In this document: positions 47,429-58,061 of the stretch, in pieces | How positions within the stretch are numbered: position 1 is the stretch's first letter | Layout: the number at the start of each line of letters is the position of its first letter | NCBI GenBank assembly: GCA_965645245.1 | Contig: OZ287072.1 | Location: 2,170,001-2,234,000, forward strand | Length of the DNA: 64,000 nucleotides | Origin: Massalongia carnosa | Lineage: Eukaryota | Direction: 5' to 3' | Program-made: the position numbers and the translations under genes | The notes under the pieces: generated by a model | Seen by the model: the letters and a program-made list of their open reading frames with translations, nothing else | Told to the model about the DNA's origin: nothing | Database searches by the model: none

Positions 47429-48764
47429 CTAACAGTGAGCACCACCCTTAGCCCGTTCCCGAGCCCGGATGCCCGTCCGATCGGTCACAGGCGTTGCAGC
47501 GATGATGCCATCGAAGATCGCGTCATCGGCCTCGTCGTCATCGTCATCGCCAGGATTCGAGTCCGGGTCCGAGGTAGCGGCTGCGGGGAAGTAGGGCGCT
47601 GCGTCCACATCCCGGGGGTGAGAATTGGTGTGAGGACTGGGGCGTGAAGTTGTCATCGGGATTGGTTTTGCGTCAGGAAGGGCCGAGGAGACGGGTTTCG
47701 AGGAGGCGGGGTTGGAGAAGGGTCTTGAGCGCAGGACGCGTTGGCGGATGGCGGCCATTTCTTCCGCGTCGTCGTCCGAGGAGGGAGGGGAGAGATTGAG
47801 GGGGTGGAAAGAGATAGTGACGCCGCCTTCTTCTTCTTCATCTTCTTCGTTGTTATCGTCGTGACTTTTTCCCTCGGTGCTGCTATCGTCACCATCCTCC
47901 ACTTCCAGGCGATTCCGATTTCCCCCCTCCCAAGCATCACCCCCCGCTTCCCCACCACCGCCAGCCCGATTATCGACCCACTCCTTTTCGATCTTCGCCA
48001 GCCACCGCTGTTCGGCCTTTTTCACCTCCTCCTCATTTTTGCACGCCGCGTACCGCTTCAGCACCGCGGAATTGATTTCGAGAAAAGGTTCACCGTAGGA
48101 GAAATGCGTCAAGGCGGCGTGCGCCCAATCCTCATGACCGCAGATGTAGAAAGTAGCAGCGAGGGCTTCGGCGCAGTTAAGGCGCCACGGCCGGCCGTAG
48201 TTGGTAGGGTTGGCGGCTATGAGATAGGGGACTAGGCATGTGTAAGGCGGGTTCGGCGTGGGTGGACGATAAGGGATTGGGGGGATGTACGTAGACGTTC
48301 GCATTTCCCGCCGATTTTTGACCATGGGACTTCGCTCGTTCGCGCCCAGGAGCATTCAACCACAGCGGCGCCGAACTGCTCTAGAAGCTCTTTGTCTGCG
48401 GGGGATAGGAAGCTTTTTGCATTTGGTCTTCCAGACCGAGAGAAACCCAAAATCAGCCAATTGGTCCAGCTTTCTCCAGAAACAGGGGTTGGGGACGAAA
48501 CAAAACCTACGAAACGACAACTCCGGAAAACTTCTGCCCGACGGAAAGCTCCCGCATTAGGCCGAAATGCATGAGCCGCTTTCCCGAACATCGTTTTGGA
48601 TCGCAGTGCCCTAGGTCCCAGCAGGCGGCTTTGAAGGGAGGCTTTTGAAAGGAGCTTGTAGGGTTGTCCTCGTCGTTATTGGTAATGGTGCGTTGGTGCG
48701 CGGGAGGGCGGTAACGGGGATTTTTGTGGGATTTGGATAAGTTGTCCTTTTTGTGGCGGACCAT
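47429..48764 (-). CDS. TSR3: 18S rRNA aminocarboxypropyltransferase Tsr3
   Basis: MVRHKKD...WDLGHCDPKRCSGKRL, LSPADKELL...[39 protein letters not shown]. Introns 48510-48428 and 48290-48232. Confidence 0.95.
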
Positions 48765-49029
48765 TGTTGATGGTGAGCGTGGGTGAATATAGACGGATTT
48801 AAGGTGTTTTTGATATTAGGAGAGCTGTCAACAGCGGTGGTTCTGAGATACGATAATGAAGGGTTTTGTTAGGAGAGCGATGACGATGGGACGTGGGGTA
48901 GTGGAAGAGTGGGCGAGAAAGGGGTAGGGTAATGTATTCAACGCTTTGCCAAAACTCAACTATCTATTTACCTACCTGTTGCCCTTGACCATAAACGTCT
49001 CCAGTGCAGCATTATCAATCAATAGAATT

Positions 49030-50145
49030 ATGCGGAACGAGCGGCACAGTTACGATGACAGAACAAGGGTACACGACACACCCTACTCGGCAGATCTTCA
49101 AGATCGGGGCTTACGGCGTCAACACCAGAAGAGAGCACGAGATGACCAAGGCCATGAATCTAATGATTCGAGGCATAGCCGCTGCCGACATGACGGGAGA
49201 CAACAACATGGTAATCAAGATCGTTCGCCGAAGGGGGATGGTCGCCATGAGTATGGGAGCCCGCAACGACGGCGTAGGAAATATTCCTCGTCTCCAGAGC
49301 ATCGTACTGGTAAGCGAGACTCTCGAGATGATTACACTCAGCGTCATCGCCTTCGGCGGCAATCTCGCTCTCGTTCCCCAGATAGTCGCCGAGCCGACCA
49401 CAGAAGTGATCCACGACGTCGCTCTGACTCTCATCGAGACCTATCACCCCCCTTTACCTCAAAGCGCCGACATCGAGACACTCGGAGTCGTCATAGCCAT
49501 TCCGGAAATATCAAAAGCAGATCAAACTCACCTCGGCGGCACAAGAAACGCGTCATACCTGCACTACTGCCAGCTCAACGCTCTCATGCCCCACTTCCTT
49601 CACAAGAAGATGTCTTCAACGGGACGTCTATCTCGAGACCCCCCGAAAACGACCCTCCACCTGAAAAACAAAAACCCAATTACGCTCCAAGCGGCAAGCT
49701 TGCTGCAGAAACCAATACCGTAGCCAACACGTCCGTTGTCCTCAAATATAATGAACCGCCAGCAGCGCGCCTTCCTCCCGCTTCGGCTTCATGGCGGCTT
49801 TACATTTTCAAAGGCGATGCCTTACTTGAAACGCTTCTTCTTCATACGCGCAGCTGCTGGCTCTTTGGGCGCGAGAGACTTGTGGTGGACTGTACAACTG
49901 AGCATCCTAGTTGCAGCAAGCAGCATGCTGTGATTCAGTTCCGCTACATGGAGGTGAAGAACGAATACGGAGACAAGGAAGGCAAGGTGAGACCTTATGT
50001 TATCGATTTAGAAAGCGCGAATGGGACTAAAGTGAATGGAGAGCTGGTACCGGAGAGAAGATATGTAGAACTGATGAACAAGGACGTAATTACTTTTGGG
50101 GAAAGTACAAGGGAATATGTATTGGTGCTGCCGCCAAAGGAATAG
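49030..50145 (+). CDS. PML1: FHA-domain RES-complex protein (SNIP1/Pml1-like)
   Basis: RS-rich N-terminus, KPNY.PSGKLAAETN, LKYNEPP.AR, FHA motifs LFGRE...HPSCSKQHAVIQFR...PYVIDLESANGT...FGESTREY. First ATG at 49030. Confidence 0.9.
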   Translation: MRNERHSYDDRTRVHDTPYSADLQDRGLRRQHQKRARDDQGHESNDSRHSRCRHDGRQQHGNQDRSPKGDGRHEYGSPQRRRRKYSSSPEHRTGKRDSRDDYTQRHRLRRQSRSRSPDSRRADHRSDPRRRSDSHRDLSPPFTSKRRHRDTRSRHSHSGNIKSRSNSPRRHKKRVIPALLPAQRSHAPLPSQEDVFNGTSISRPPENDPPPEKQKPNYAPSGKLAAETNTVANTSVVLKYNEPPAARLPPASASWRLYIFKGDALLETLLLHTRSCWLFGRERLVVDCTTEHPSCSKQHAVIQFRYMEVKNEYGDKEGKVRPYVIDLESANGTKVNGELVPERRYVELMNKDVITFGESTREYVLVLPPKE

Positions 50146-50433
50146 GGGTGAAGTCCTCGAGACTGTCACCCATGCTGTCAAGGAGAAGATTCCCCTTTTA
50201 TAAATTTTAGCTAGACGCATCCTCCCTCTCATTATCAGAATCAATGATCATTGCAGATGAGTGGAAAGGTAGGAGGTGGCGGCTTTCCCATCACTGCTGG
50301 AGCTTAAATTATTTACGGGTTGTCTGATGCGGTTTAGCTCATTGATTAACTAGGTAACGACATTTCTAAGAATCCCTTTTGATCACTATTTCCATTACAG
50401 CTCACAAGGGATAATTCTGCTCATCGATCATGA

Positions 50434-53400
50434 ATGCTACCATTGATCAGAGATCTAAAGTGCAATAGAGAAACTGCTGCTCTTCGTTTGGGTGTGAATT
50501 TTCTAATCCTGTCGTTGCGATGGCAAACCGTTAGCCTTTCCCGCTCCTCGAGACGTATCCATGAATTGACTTTCTCACAGCGATTGAACCCGCGGCTCTC
50601 AAACTACGTGGGCAATTCGTTGCAATCCAGCCCATTTCGTCGGTCAGGAGCCAAGGTTCAATTCCGAGCTGGTCGATGTGCCGAAGATCTTCAAATCACG
50701 ACAAGCTTTATTCCAGATCATCATACAACAATATCGAAGAGGAGTCACAAGCCTAAGCTCATGATTCAAGACCAGAAGGCTCGTCATGTGCAGAGGAGCG
50801 GACACGCAAAATTTCAGTCTTTACACCAGCCGCAGGATGAATCTGCTTCATTTCTAAGAACACCTGGTGATGAACTCCTAGCTGCCTTAGGCCCCCTCGC
50901 AAAAGTTTATGCCACACCTCAGCTATTTGCCGACAAGTTGGATCTGTCTTATATCGATCCAAGGTCTATAGCTTCAGATAAAGCTCAAAGTGGAAAGAAG
51001 AGGAAAGAAATCGTGAAAAGGAGAAACCAAGTAGCAAAGGCAATATCTGAGCAAACAATAATGGCTAAACGATATTTCAAGTTGTCCTTGCCATCTCTAC
51101 TTGCTAGCTACATTGAACGGGTTCGTACCCTTACTGATGCCGACTTTTCTCGGTATGCTCCATCAAAGTTCAGAAGGGTTCTAGCAAAGGGGCAATCGAA
51201 GGTGGTATATAAAGACCCCTCGCATATAGCTTTTCTTGATATCTTCAACGATCGAAATTTAAAATGGCTGCATGGAAAAGGTTATAGTATCACAGACCTG
51301 ACGACATGGGAGTGGATCTTGACCGCTAAGAGCTCCGAGCAGGCAGCAGCTAGATTAACAGTGCTTACAAACCAACGAGATCGACAAATAGATGGAGGAA
51401 AGCCCGTCCCAACCTTTGTCATACTTTTTCTTCTCCGCCGACAGGATTTTAACGCCAGGTGCCTAAGGATGTTGCTAAATCATATCTGGGATCGACTACT
51501 TCCCCAAGGTGGCTTCCATGCAGATGCCGAAGCAAGTTCCTGCTCATCAAGGGCATCAGGAAAAGCTACTATTCGAGTATTGAGCCCGGAAATATCGGAA
51601 TCTACTTTGTTTTTAATGATTGTTCGACTACTACGTCAGGCCCGAAAAGTATGGCCTGAAGCGATTGTAAGCATATCTACGATGATGACGAGGTATATCA
51701 ACGGCACAGGCATTTGGCGTGATTCTCCCCAAGGAGCTCAGTTAGAGGAACAAACTTCCGCACGGCTCACGTTCCTTTATAACAGGATGCTATCTCTCTT
51801 GGCAGTACCCTCTTTGCTCGGGCCATTCAAGTCACTCGCATATCATCAGCGTGCGCAATTCATCGTTCTCAAACGGATGAGCCAGTTTCAGCCCACCTTG
51901 ATCATTACACGAGAAGGTTATCGAGCTGTGACAGCTGTACAGCTTGCTCATAAAAAAACTAATCGTGAGCGTGAATGGGCACTGATGAAAGCTTTATCAT
52001 GGCCGCCATGGAAAGAGGATAAGTTGGGTATAGATAGAGAGATTGGTGCAGAGCATGGTATAAGTCGTGCAAGCGAAGTCCTGTTGCGCTCCAAGGAAGC
52101 AGGAAATCCTCTGCGAACATGGGAAGACGTTGCTGGAGTTCTGGCTGGATGGGACACTGATCGTAGTCCGACCATACAGACTCGGACCCTCTTGCACCGC
52201 AGGCCGATTTCCCATCAGAAGCTTGAGTCTGATGCGTCTCCAGCACCAGTTGAGCATGATAAAGATCTGTGGGCTGCTCGTGTACGAGCAACGAGGACTG
52301 TGGATGAAGGTTGGGCTTGTTTTATCGCTTATAAATCTCAAATTACAAACGCACCTTCCCAAGCTGTTTACTACGCTATGTTTGAGAAGCTTATGTTCGA
52401 AGCTAAAAGAGTACAACGCAAGGTGCTTGGCGAACGGGAGATTGCTGCTAAGAATTCCGAGGACTCCAATCTTCTTCCAGGAGACAGCAAAGAAACATTT
52501 CCAGTTCCGGGCCCGAGCCTAGCCATTTATGTTCGAACACCAACACCAGGCACTGATGAGTTCTTTGAGCTGATGGTTGTTGATAAGATTAAGCCTTCGG
52601 GTAGATTCTTAGGTTTTCTTCTGAATCACGCCCGTACATTTGATATGGGAATGACATACTTGAAAGAAAGTTCGATGAGTTTCTCGACGATTCAAGCATT
52701 GCTCGGACAGGAGGACGCCAGAACTCAAGAAAGTCAGGCTGAACTTGAGCTCATGGAGGATCATCTATTCGCCGCTTTCATCAGCTTTTTGTCTCGGTTT
52801 GCTCCGTATATCAAAGGTCACAATCTCGGTTCAGACTATAATTCAGGGAAGCTGCCTTTAAATACCGTTTTCTCGCCCGATACCTTATTTAAGCTAGGTA
52901 GGACCCACGTTAATCCGCTGCTGCAAGCCTTCCAACTCATGGGGATTCGAAAGCCTTACTACCGACCGCCATGGATTGCGCTTCTCGCGGCCCTTGCTCG
53001 TCCAGGCAGGGTTGTGAGCAGTTTTCAAAACCGTGATCACAACGTTCAGGATACGTTAACTTGGAAGGCTATGTGCGATGTGCTGAATCAAATGCAGGAG
53101 ATTGGCCTCGGCATTGATTTGCATGCTTTCCAGATTCTATGCGTTGGCTTAGAAAAGGCCGTTCTTGCAAGCCATAAGCTTCTTCGTGAGATCGAAATAC
53201 CCTCATGTTTCGCAGACCGTTATGATCGGAATACCTTTTCGACCGACGAACATGAGTCGGGATGTCAGACTAAGCTGGAAGCTAAAAAAGTGTTATCTAT
53301 GGGTATTGTCCTTTTGAAGAATCGTTTTATAGGTTTAGTTGGGACACACTCTGGCTCCGGCCATTTAACTCCTCAGGCGAATGAACTTTCCAAGGACCAC

Positions 53401-53826
53401 GACCCAAGAAGCGCAATCGCTCAACTTCCGCGGCTTCTGGAAGTACCAGGTCCTGCTCACCTTCACGTTTTCATACGCGTACTCGGACTTTGTCAGGATT
53501 ATATCGGTCTGTTGGAGTTGATGCGATGGATGGAGGTCCACACTCCTGAGCTTATGGCTGTTGCAAATGAGCCGATGAATGGAATGCATCTAGCAAGACG
53601 CTGTCTAGTTGCCGTTCGTGTCTTTCTGGAACGAAGCTGGCTGTACATTGAGAGCGAAGAGGAAGAGAAAGAAAACCCAGTGAGCAGCAGCGAGGAGGTG
53701 GATGAAGGGGCTCCTCAGGATGTTCTGGATCAAATCTATCAAATCATCGAGAAGAACAAGGATTGGGGGGGCTGGCCGACGGATGAGGAGGTGATGGCTT
53801 ACTGTAGCAAAGGCCGATTTATCTGA
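50434..53826 (+). CDS. Uncharacterised 1130-aa intronless protein, possibly mitochondrial and helical-repeat (PPR-like)
   Basis: 3.4-kb uninterrupted ORF with a basic Arg/Ser-rich N-terminus and conserved-looking blocks SWPPWKEDKLG, LAGWDTDRSPTIQTR, WAARVRATRT..E.W, HLHVFIRVLG, WGGWPTDEEV..Y. Function not assignable. Confidence 0.7.
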   Translation: MLPLIRDLKCNRETAALRLGVNFLILSLRWQTVSLSRSSRRIHELTFSQRLNPRLSNYVGNSLQSSPFRRSGAKVQFRAGRCAEDLQITTSFIPDHHTTISKRSHKPKLMIQDQKARHVQRSGHAKFQSLHQPQDESASFLRTPGDELLAALGPLAKVYATPQLFADKLDLSYIDPRSIASDKAQSGKKRKEIVKRRNQVAKAISEQTIMAKRYFKLSLPSLLASYIERVRTLTDADFSRYAPSKFRRVLAKGQSKVVYKDPSHIAFLDIFNDRNLKWLHGKGYSITDLTTWEWILTAKSSEQAAARLTVLTNQRDRQIDGGKPVPTFVILFLLRRQDFNARCLRMLLNHIWDRLLPQGGFHADAEASSCSSRASGKATIRVLSPEISESTLFLMIVRLLRQARKVWPEAIVSISTMMTRYINGTGIWRDSPQGAQLEEQTSARLTFLYNRMLSLLAVPSLLGPFKSLAYHQRAQFIVLKRMSQFQPTLIITREGYRAVTAVQLAHKKTNREREWALMKALSWPPWKEDKLGIDREIGAEHGISRASEVLLRSKEAGNPLRTWEDVAGVLAGWDTDRSPTIQTRTLLHRRPISHQKLESDASPAPVEHDKDLWAARVRATRTVDEGWACFIAYKSQITNAPSQAVYYAMFEKLMFEAKRVQRKVLGEREIAAKNSEDSNLLPGDSKETFPVPGPSLAIYVRTPTPGTDEFFELMVVDKIKPSGRFLGFLLNHARTFDMGMTYLKESSMSFSTIQALLGQEDARTQESQAELELMEDHLFAAFISFLSRFAPYIKGHNLGSDYNSGKLPLNTVFSPDTLFKLGRTHVNPLLQAFQLMGIRKPYYRPPWIALLAALARPGRVVSSFQNRDHNVQDTLTWKAMCDVLNQMQEIGLGIDLHAFQILCVGLEKAVLASHKLLREIEIPSCFADRYDRNTFSTDEHESGCQTKLEAKKVLSMGIVLLKNRFIGLVGTHSGSGHLTPQANELSKDHDPRSAIAQLPRLLEVPGPAHLHVFIRVLGLCQDYIGLLELMRWMEVHTPELMAVANEPMNGMHLARRCLVAVRVFLERSWLYIESEEEEKENPVSSSEEVDEGAPQDVLDQIYQIIEKNKDWGGWPTDEEVMAYCSKGRFI

Positions 53827-53995
53827 AATTGGCGCGTTCAAAATCTATTCATCAGGACTACCCTATGTTCCTAATATGTATTCACGAGTGATAGAGCGTA
53901 CGAGAACTGGACCCTTTACCTTAACGCCAAGAAGTCACTAGTTCCGTAGACATTCATCGTATACCCAACTCTATAGTGAACAGGCCCTTTTAAGC

Positions 53996-55227
53996 ATGCG
54001 CCTACCATACTCCCTCCTCAATTTTCCCACCCGTCGCGCGCTCTTAATTCCTCCTCCCGTCAACTCCATCTTCCTCACCACCTACTCCGCCCGCTCCGCC
54101 CGCCTCGCCCGCCTCCCCCTTCTTCCCTTCTCCCGCAACCGCTCCACAACCGCCCCACCCCATCCCTCCTCATCCCCTCGCCAACGCCTTCTAAAAATCA
54201 CCAATATCCCAGCCCCACCCCCAAGCCTTGGTCACATCCGCATCCTCTCGCTCAACAGCCCACACAACCGAAACGCCATTTCCACCCAGCTGCTCCACGA
54301 GCTCGCGGCCGAAGTTGGGTGGGTGAAGGGACAGGGGGATGGGTTTGCTGCAGGGCTAGCGGGGGAGAAGGGCGACGGGGGAGAAACGGCTGAGCTTGAG
54401 AAAAAGAAGGGCGAGGCTGGCCCGACAAGGGTGCTGATCGTGGCTAGCGAGATCGATGGGGTTTTCTGTGCGGGGGCGGACTTGAAGGAGAGAAAGCGGA
54501 TGACGAGGGAGGAGTAAGTGGGTTTTTTTACCTTTTTATTACGGTGGGCGTTACGCTTCACTATTTTTGGGCGCACGATGTGTCTCACTTTTGCGTGAGA
54601 TGGGCTTGTTTTCTCCCAACGCCTATCCTAGTAACAAAATGGGCAAACCTCACTGACGTACCCCTCCCTCCAACCAGGACCTCCACATTCCTCACCACCC
54701 TCCGCGCTACTCTCACCACCCTCTCCCTCCTCCCCCTCCCCACCATCTCCGCCGTCTCCTCCAAAGCCCTCGGTGGCGGCCTCGAACTCGCTCTCGCCAC
54801 CACCTTCCGCGTCTTCGGCTCCCACACGCTCGTCGGCCTCCCCGAAACCAGCCTCGCGATTATTCCCGGCGCAGGTGGCACCCATCGGCTCCGCGCCCTG
54901 ATCGGCGAAGCCCGCGCCCTCGAGCTGATCCTGACGGGCCGCCGCCTGCCGAGCCACGACGCGCTGCTCATGGGCATTTGCCAGCGGTGTGTGCAGGTGC
55001 CCGTCGGGGAGGAGGGCCGAGAAACGGTGCTCGAGGCTGCTGTGGAGCTGGCGAGGGAGATTTGCAGGGGCGGCCCGCTGGCTGTGCCGGCTGCGATGAG
55101 GGCGGTAAGGGAGGGGACGGAGGAGGCGGAGGCGAGGGAGTATGAGGTGGTGCGGGGGACGCAGGATCGCGATGAGGCCTTGCTTGCGTTTGCGGAGAAG
55201 AGGTCGCCGGTGTTTAGGGGGCGGTGA
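53996..55227 (+). CDS. Enoyl-CoA hydratase/crotonase family, methylglutaconyl-CoA hydratase (AUH)-like, mitochondrial
   Basis: LSLNSPHNRNAIS, VFCAGADLKER, ALGGGLELALA, GLPETSLAIIPGAGGT, AFAEKRSPVFRGR. Intron 54514-54677. Confidence 0.9.
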
Positions 55228-56037
55228 GCTTGTTTAAGAGAATTACATGGCGGCGATGATTGGAGGATAGGCAGTGGAAGACTGGGGAATTTCGGGGGGG
55301 TAAGAAGGTAATCCAAATTGTCAAACCCTCTACCGAATCTATATGAAGCGCTACGTACATCTTTTCCCCAATCCTAAAGAAGGGGGGAAGAGAGAGAAAG
55401 AGAGCCTTAGGGTTATCGTCACACACGTCTGGGAGTGGTACATACTTGAAACTTGACATGTGTGGGTTTATTGATCTATCCATACATCCTGTCTATCTGT
55501 CTATAGGAGGAAGGCGGAGAAAGAGAGAATATCAACGAAAAGACAAAAGACAAAAGCTGAAAAGAGATAGCTCATACATGAATCTCCCAACGAACCCTCG
55601 CCAATATAAAGTAATTTGGCTCTGTTGTATATACCCATCTACCTATATGCCTACACAGTGCTATTGAGAGAGACAGGTATATTGTTCGATCATTAGGGGT
55701 AAACAGGTCAGGTTGTTCCTTAGTTATTTCTTTATATAAAATCCCGGAGAAATTCTTGAAAATCCACCCCCCCGCCCCCACAAGAAACACAACACATGCT
55801 TTGTCCAAAGCAAAGGTAAAATGAACGCCGGCCTGATGTTGCTGGTGATAATGATGATGATGATGATGATGATGAGGAAAGAACAAAAGAATGAATACCC
55901 TCAAAAGATGACGGTCGTGAATGTATCCAAAATATCCACGGCGAGCAGGCCCTCCGGCTTAACCAGTATGTTTCAAGAAACATATAGCTATTCAGAATTT
56001 CTTCCTCAATTCATCCACTGGACCTCCCCCCGCCTCC

Positions 56038-57340
56038 TCAAACCCCTTTCAGCTCCTCCACCGCCTCCCACAGCTCCTCTGGCTCCACAAAAGTACGCCA
56101 CACGCTCCTCTCAACGCCGCGAAACGCCTTCTCGAACCTCTTGTTCTCATTCTTTCCCGAGCCCGCCATCTCCGCCACATTCATCACCTTGCGGATAAAG
56201 ACCGCTTTCACCCACCCTTTGTACTTGCGGCAAATCTCCCCGTACGCTTCCGGGTCGGTTTGCGTACTGTCGCCTACGCACAGCACTTTGCGGCGCGGCA
56301 GCCAGGAATGAATGCGATCCATGCGGCTGCGTTTGTAAGCTTGGGTGCCCTGCGTCAGGGAGGCGAGAAAGCCACCTAGATCCATCCAGGAAGCGTCGCG
56401 CAGGAGGATGGGGCCGAGCGGGTAGTGGGCGCGGATGAAGGTGGACAGGAAGGGGTATAGATTGTAGGGGGATGCAGATAGGTAGAACCAGGTGGGAGCG
56501 AGGGTGGCGGCGATATGGCTGTAGAGGGCCGGCATGGAGGCGATGGGGGTGGGGTTAGAGACGAAGGTGGAGCGGAGGATACCGATGGGAGATGGGGTCA
56601 TGGTGACTTTGATGGAGTCGTCGATGTCTGCGGAATACGTTAGTGGTATGAATGACGGGATGTAGGATGTGGAAAGAGGATAGACCTGATATTACAAGCC
56701 AGCCGTCTGGACCGGCGAAATGCGTTGTCATGAGGCCGTGAGGGGCCACTTCCGGGGGTATAGCTGAAACGGCGACGGTGTCGCCATCGTTGTGTTCGCC
56801 TAGGTTGGAGATCGTCTGCGTGGTAACTGCGCTTGGCCCACCAGGGTTCAAGCTGCGGACGTCCCCTCTAGGAAGCTGCACCTTGACATAGCGGGCAGGG
56901 GCTATGGTATCCACAAACGGCTGCAGCCTTTCCGCAATTGTGCTCTGAGATCCCCCCCCATCCTTGCCTTCGTGTCCCAGACCAATCTTCTCTGCGATTT
57001 GCGCCACGATTTTGCTCAGATCCTTTCCTGTATTCTTCTTAAAGTAAGCGGCCTGAACTTCCGCGCGCCATGGCTGGGGCTTGTGCGAGTAGAAGTAAAC
57101 GGGTCTGTATGCTGTGGCGTCAAAGAGCCAGACGGATTCTGTGGCTGGGTTCACAGGTTTGGCAAGAGGGTTATGCTGGCATAGGTAGGAGGAAAGGCTG
57201 TCAAGGATAGAAATCTCGAAACGGGACCCAATGAGGGGGAGACTGCGCTCTGTGGCCTTGAAGTTGCCTGCCGAGCGTGTTTCCCGGTCTTGGTCGGTTT
57301 CTTCGAGCACTTGTCGAGCTTTGTCGAAAGCGGCTTCCAT
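56038..57340 (-). CDS. APP1: App1-family phosphatidate phosphatase (DUF2183)
   Basis: Splicing intron 56685-56628 gives ISDIDDSIKVT (DxDxT-type motif). Also FYLSASPYNLYP, CVGDSTQTDPEAYG, VFIRKV. Confidence 0.85.
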
Positions 57341-58061
57341 TATGGGGATGATATGCTATATTATGCCTTTGATTGCCATCAAAATGACAGCCCACATGTG
57401 AGCAAAGAAAGGGAAGACTTATATACGAGTCACAGTCCCTCAATTTTATCTGCTTTATATACACTGATGCAGAAAACGTGGAGGGTGATACGGAGTAAGA
57501 ACATGACATGACATCGTGACGTGTGATTCGAGACAGACGGCCTGGAGTGCAACCATCAGGCGGTAAAGTCATTCAGAGCAGGCAGTGCCAGGTAGCCACC
57601 GTCGCCACCGTAGCCACGCAAGTCTAGGTTGTTCACCAGTCTAGAGCTCATGATGATTGCACATAGATGTGGCTCGGTGGACGTTGTAAATGTGATGAAA
57701 CATCTTGCGTTTACGTGCGCATACCTCGATGCCTAACTTGGTCTTGGTCACACTTACCGTCACGTGGACGCGCATACATCTTCATACATAACTATATGAC
57801 CCACGAAGTCAGCTGGCTGGTTCCACAATACGTACGCTTACGCTCTACAGAGTACCGAGTATAGACTACCGCGTATAGAATATAGAATCTGAATCCGACC
57901 GAATGATACCGTTCAGCCCAAAGGTACTCGTCTTCACCGAAATGCCAGGCCTTGGGGCTCGGCACAGCATATGCATGATGTTCACATGGATAAACCGTTA
58001 TCCCCGCAAAGAATATCTCGCTCAACCCCCAACACTCCAGACAAGAAATCTCTCAAACCAC

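Noticed and set aside
47327..55316. Long antisense or alternative-frame ORFs over TSR3, PML1 and the hydratase gene
   Set aside because: Shadow ORFs of GC-rich coding sequence with no independent motifs.
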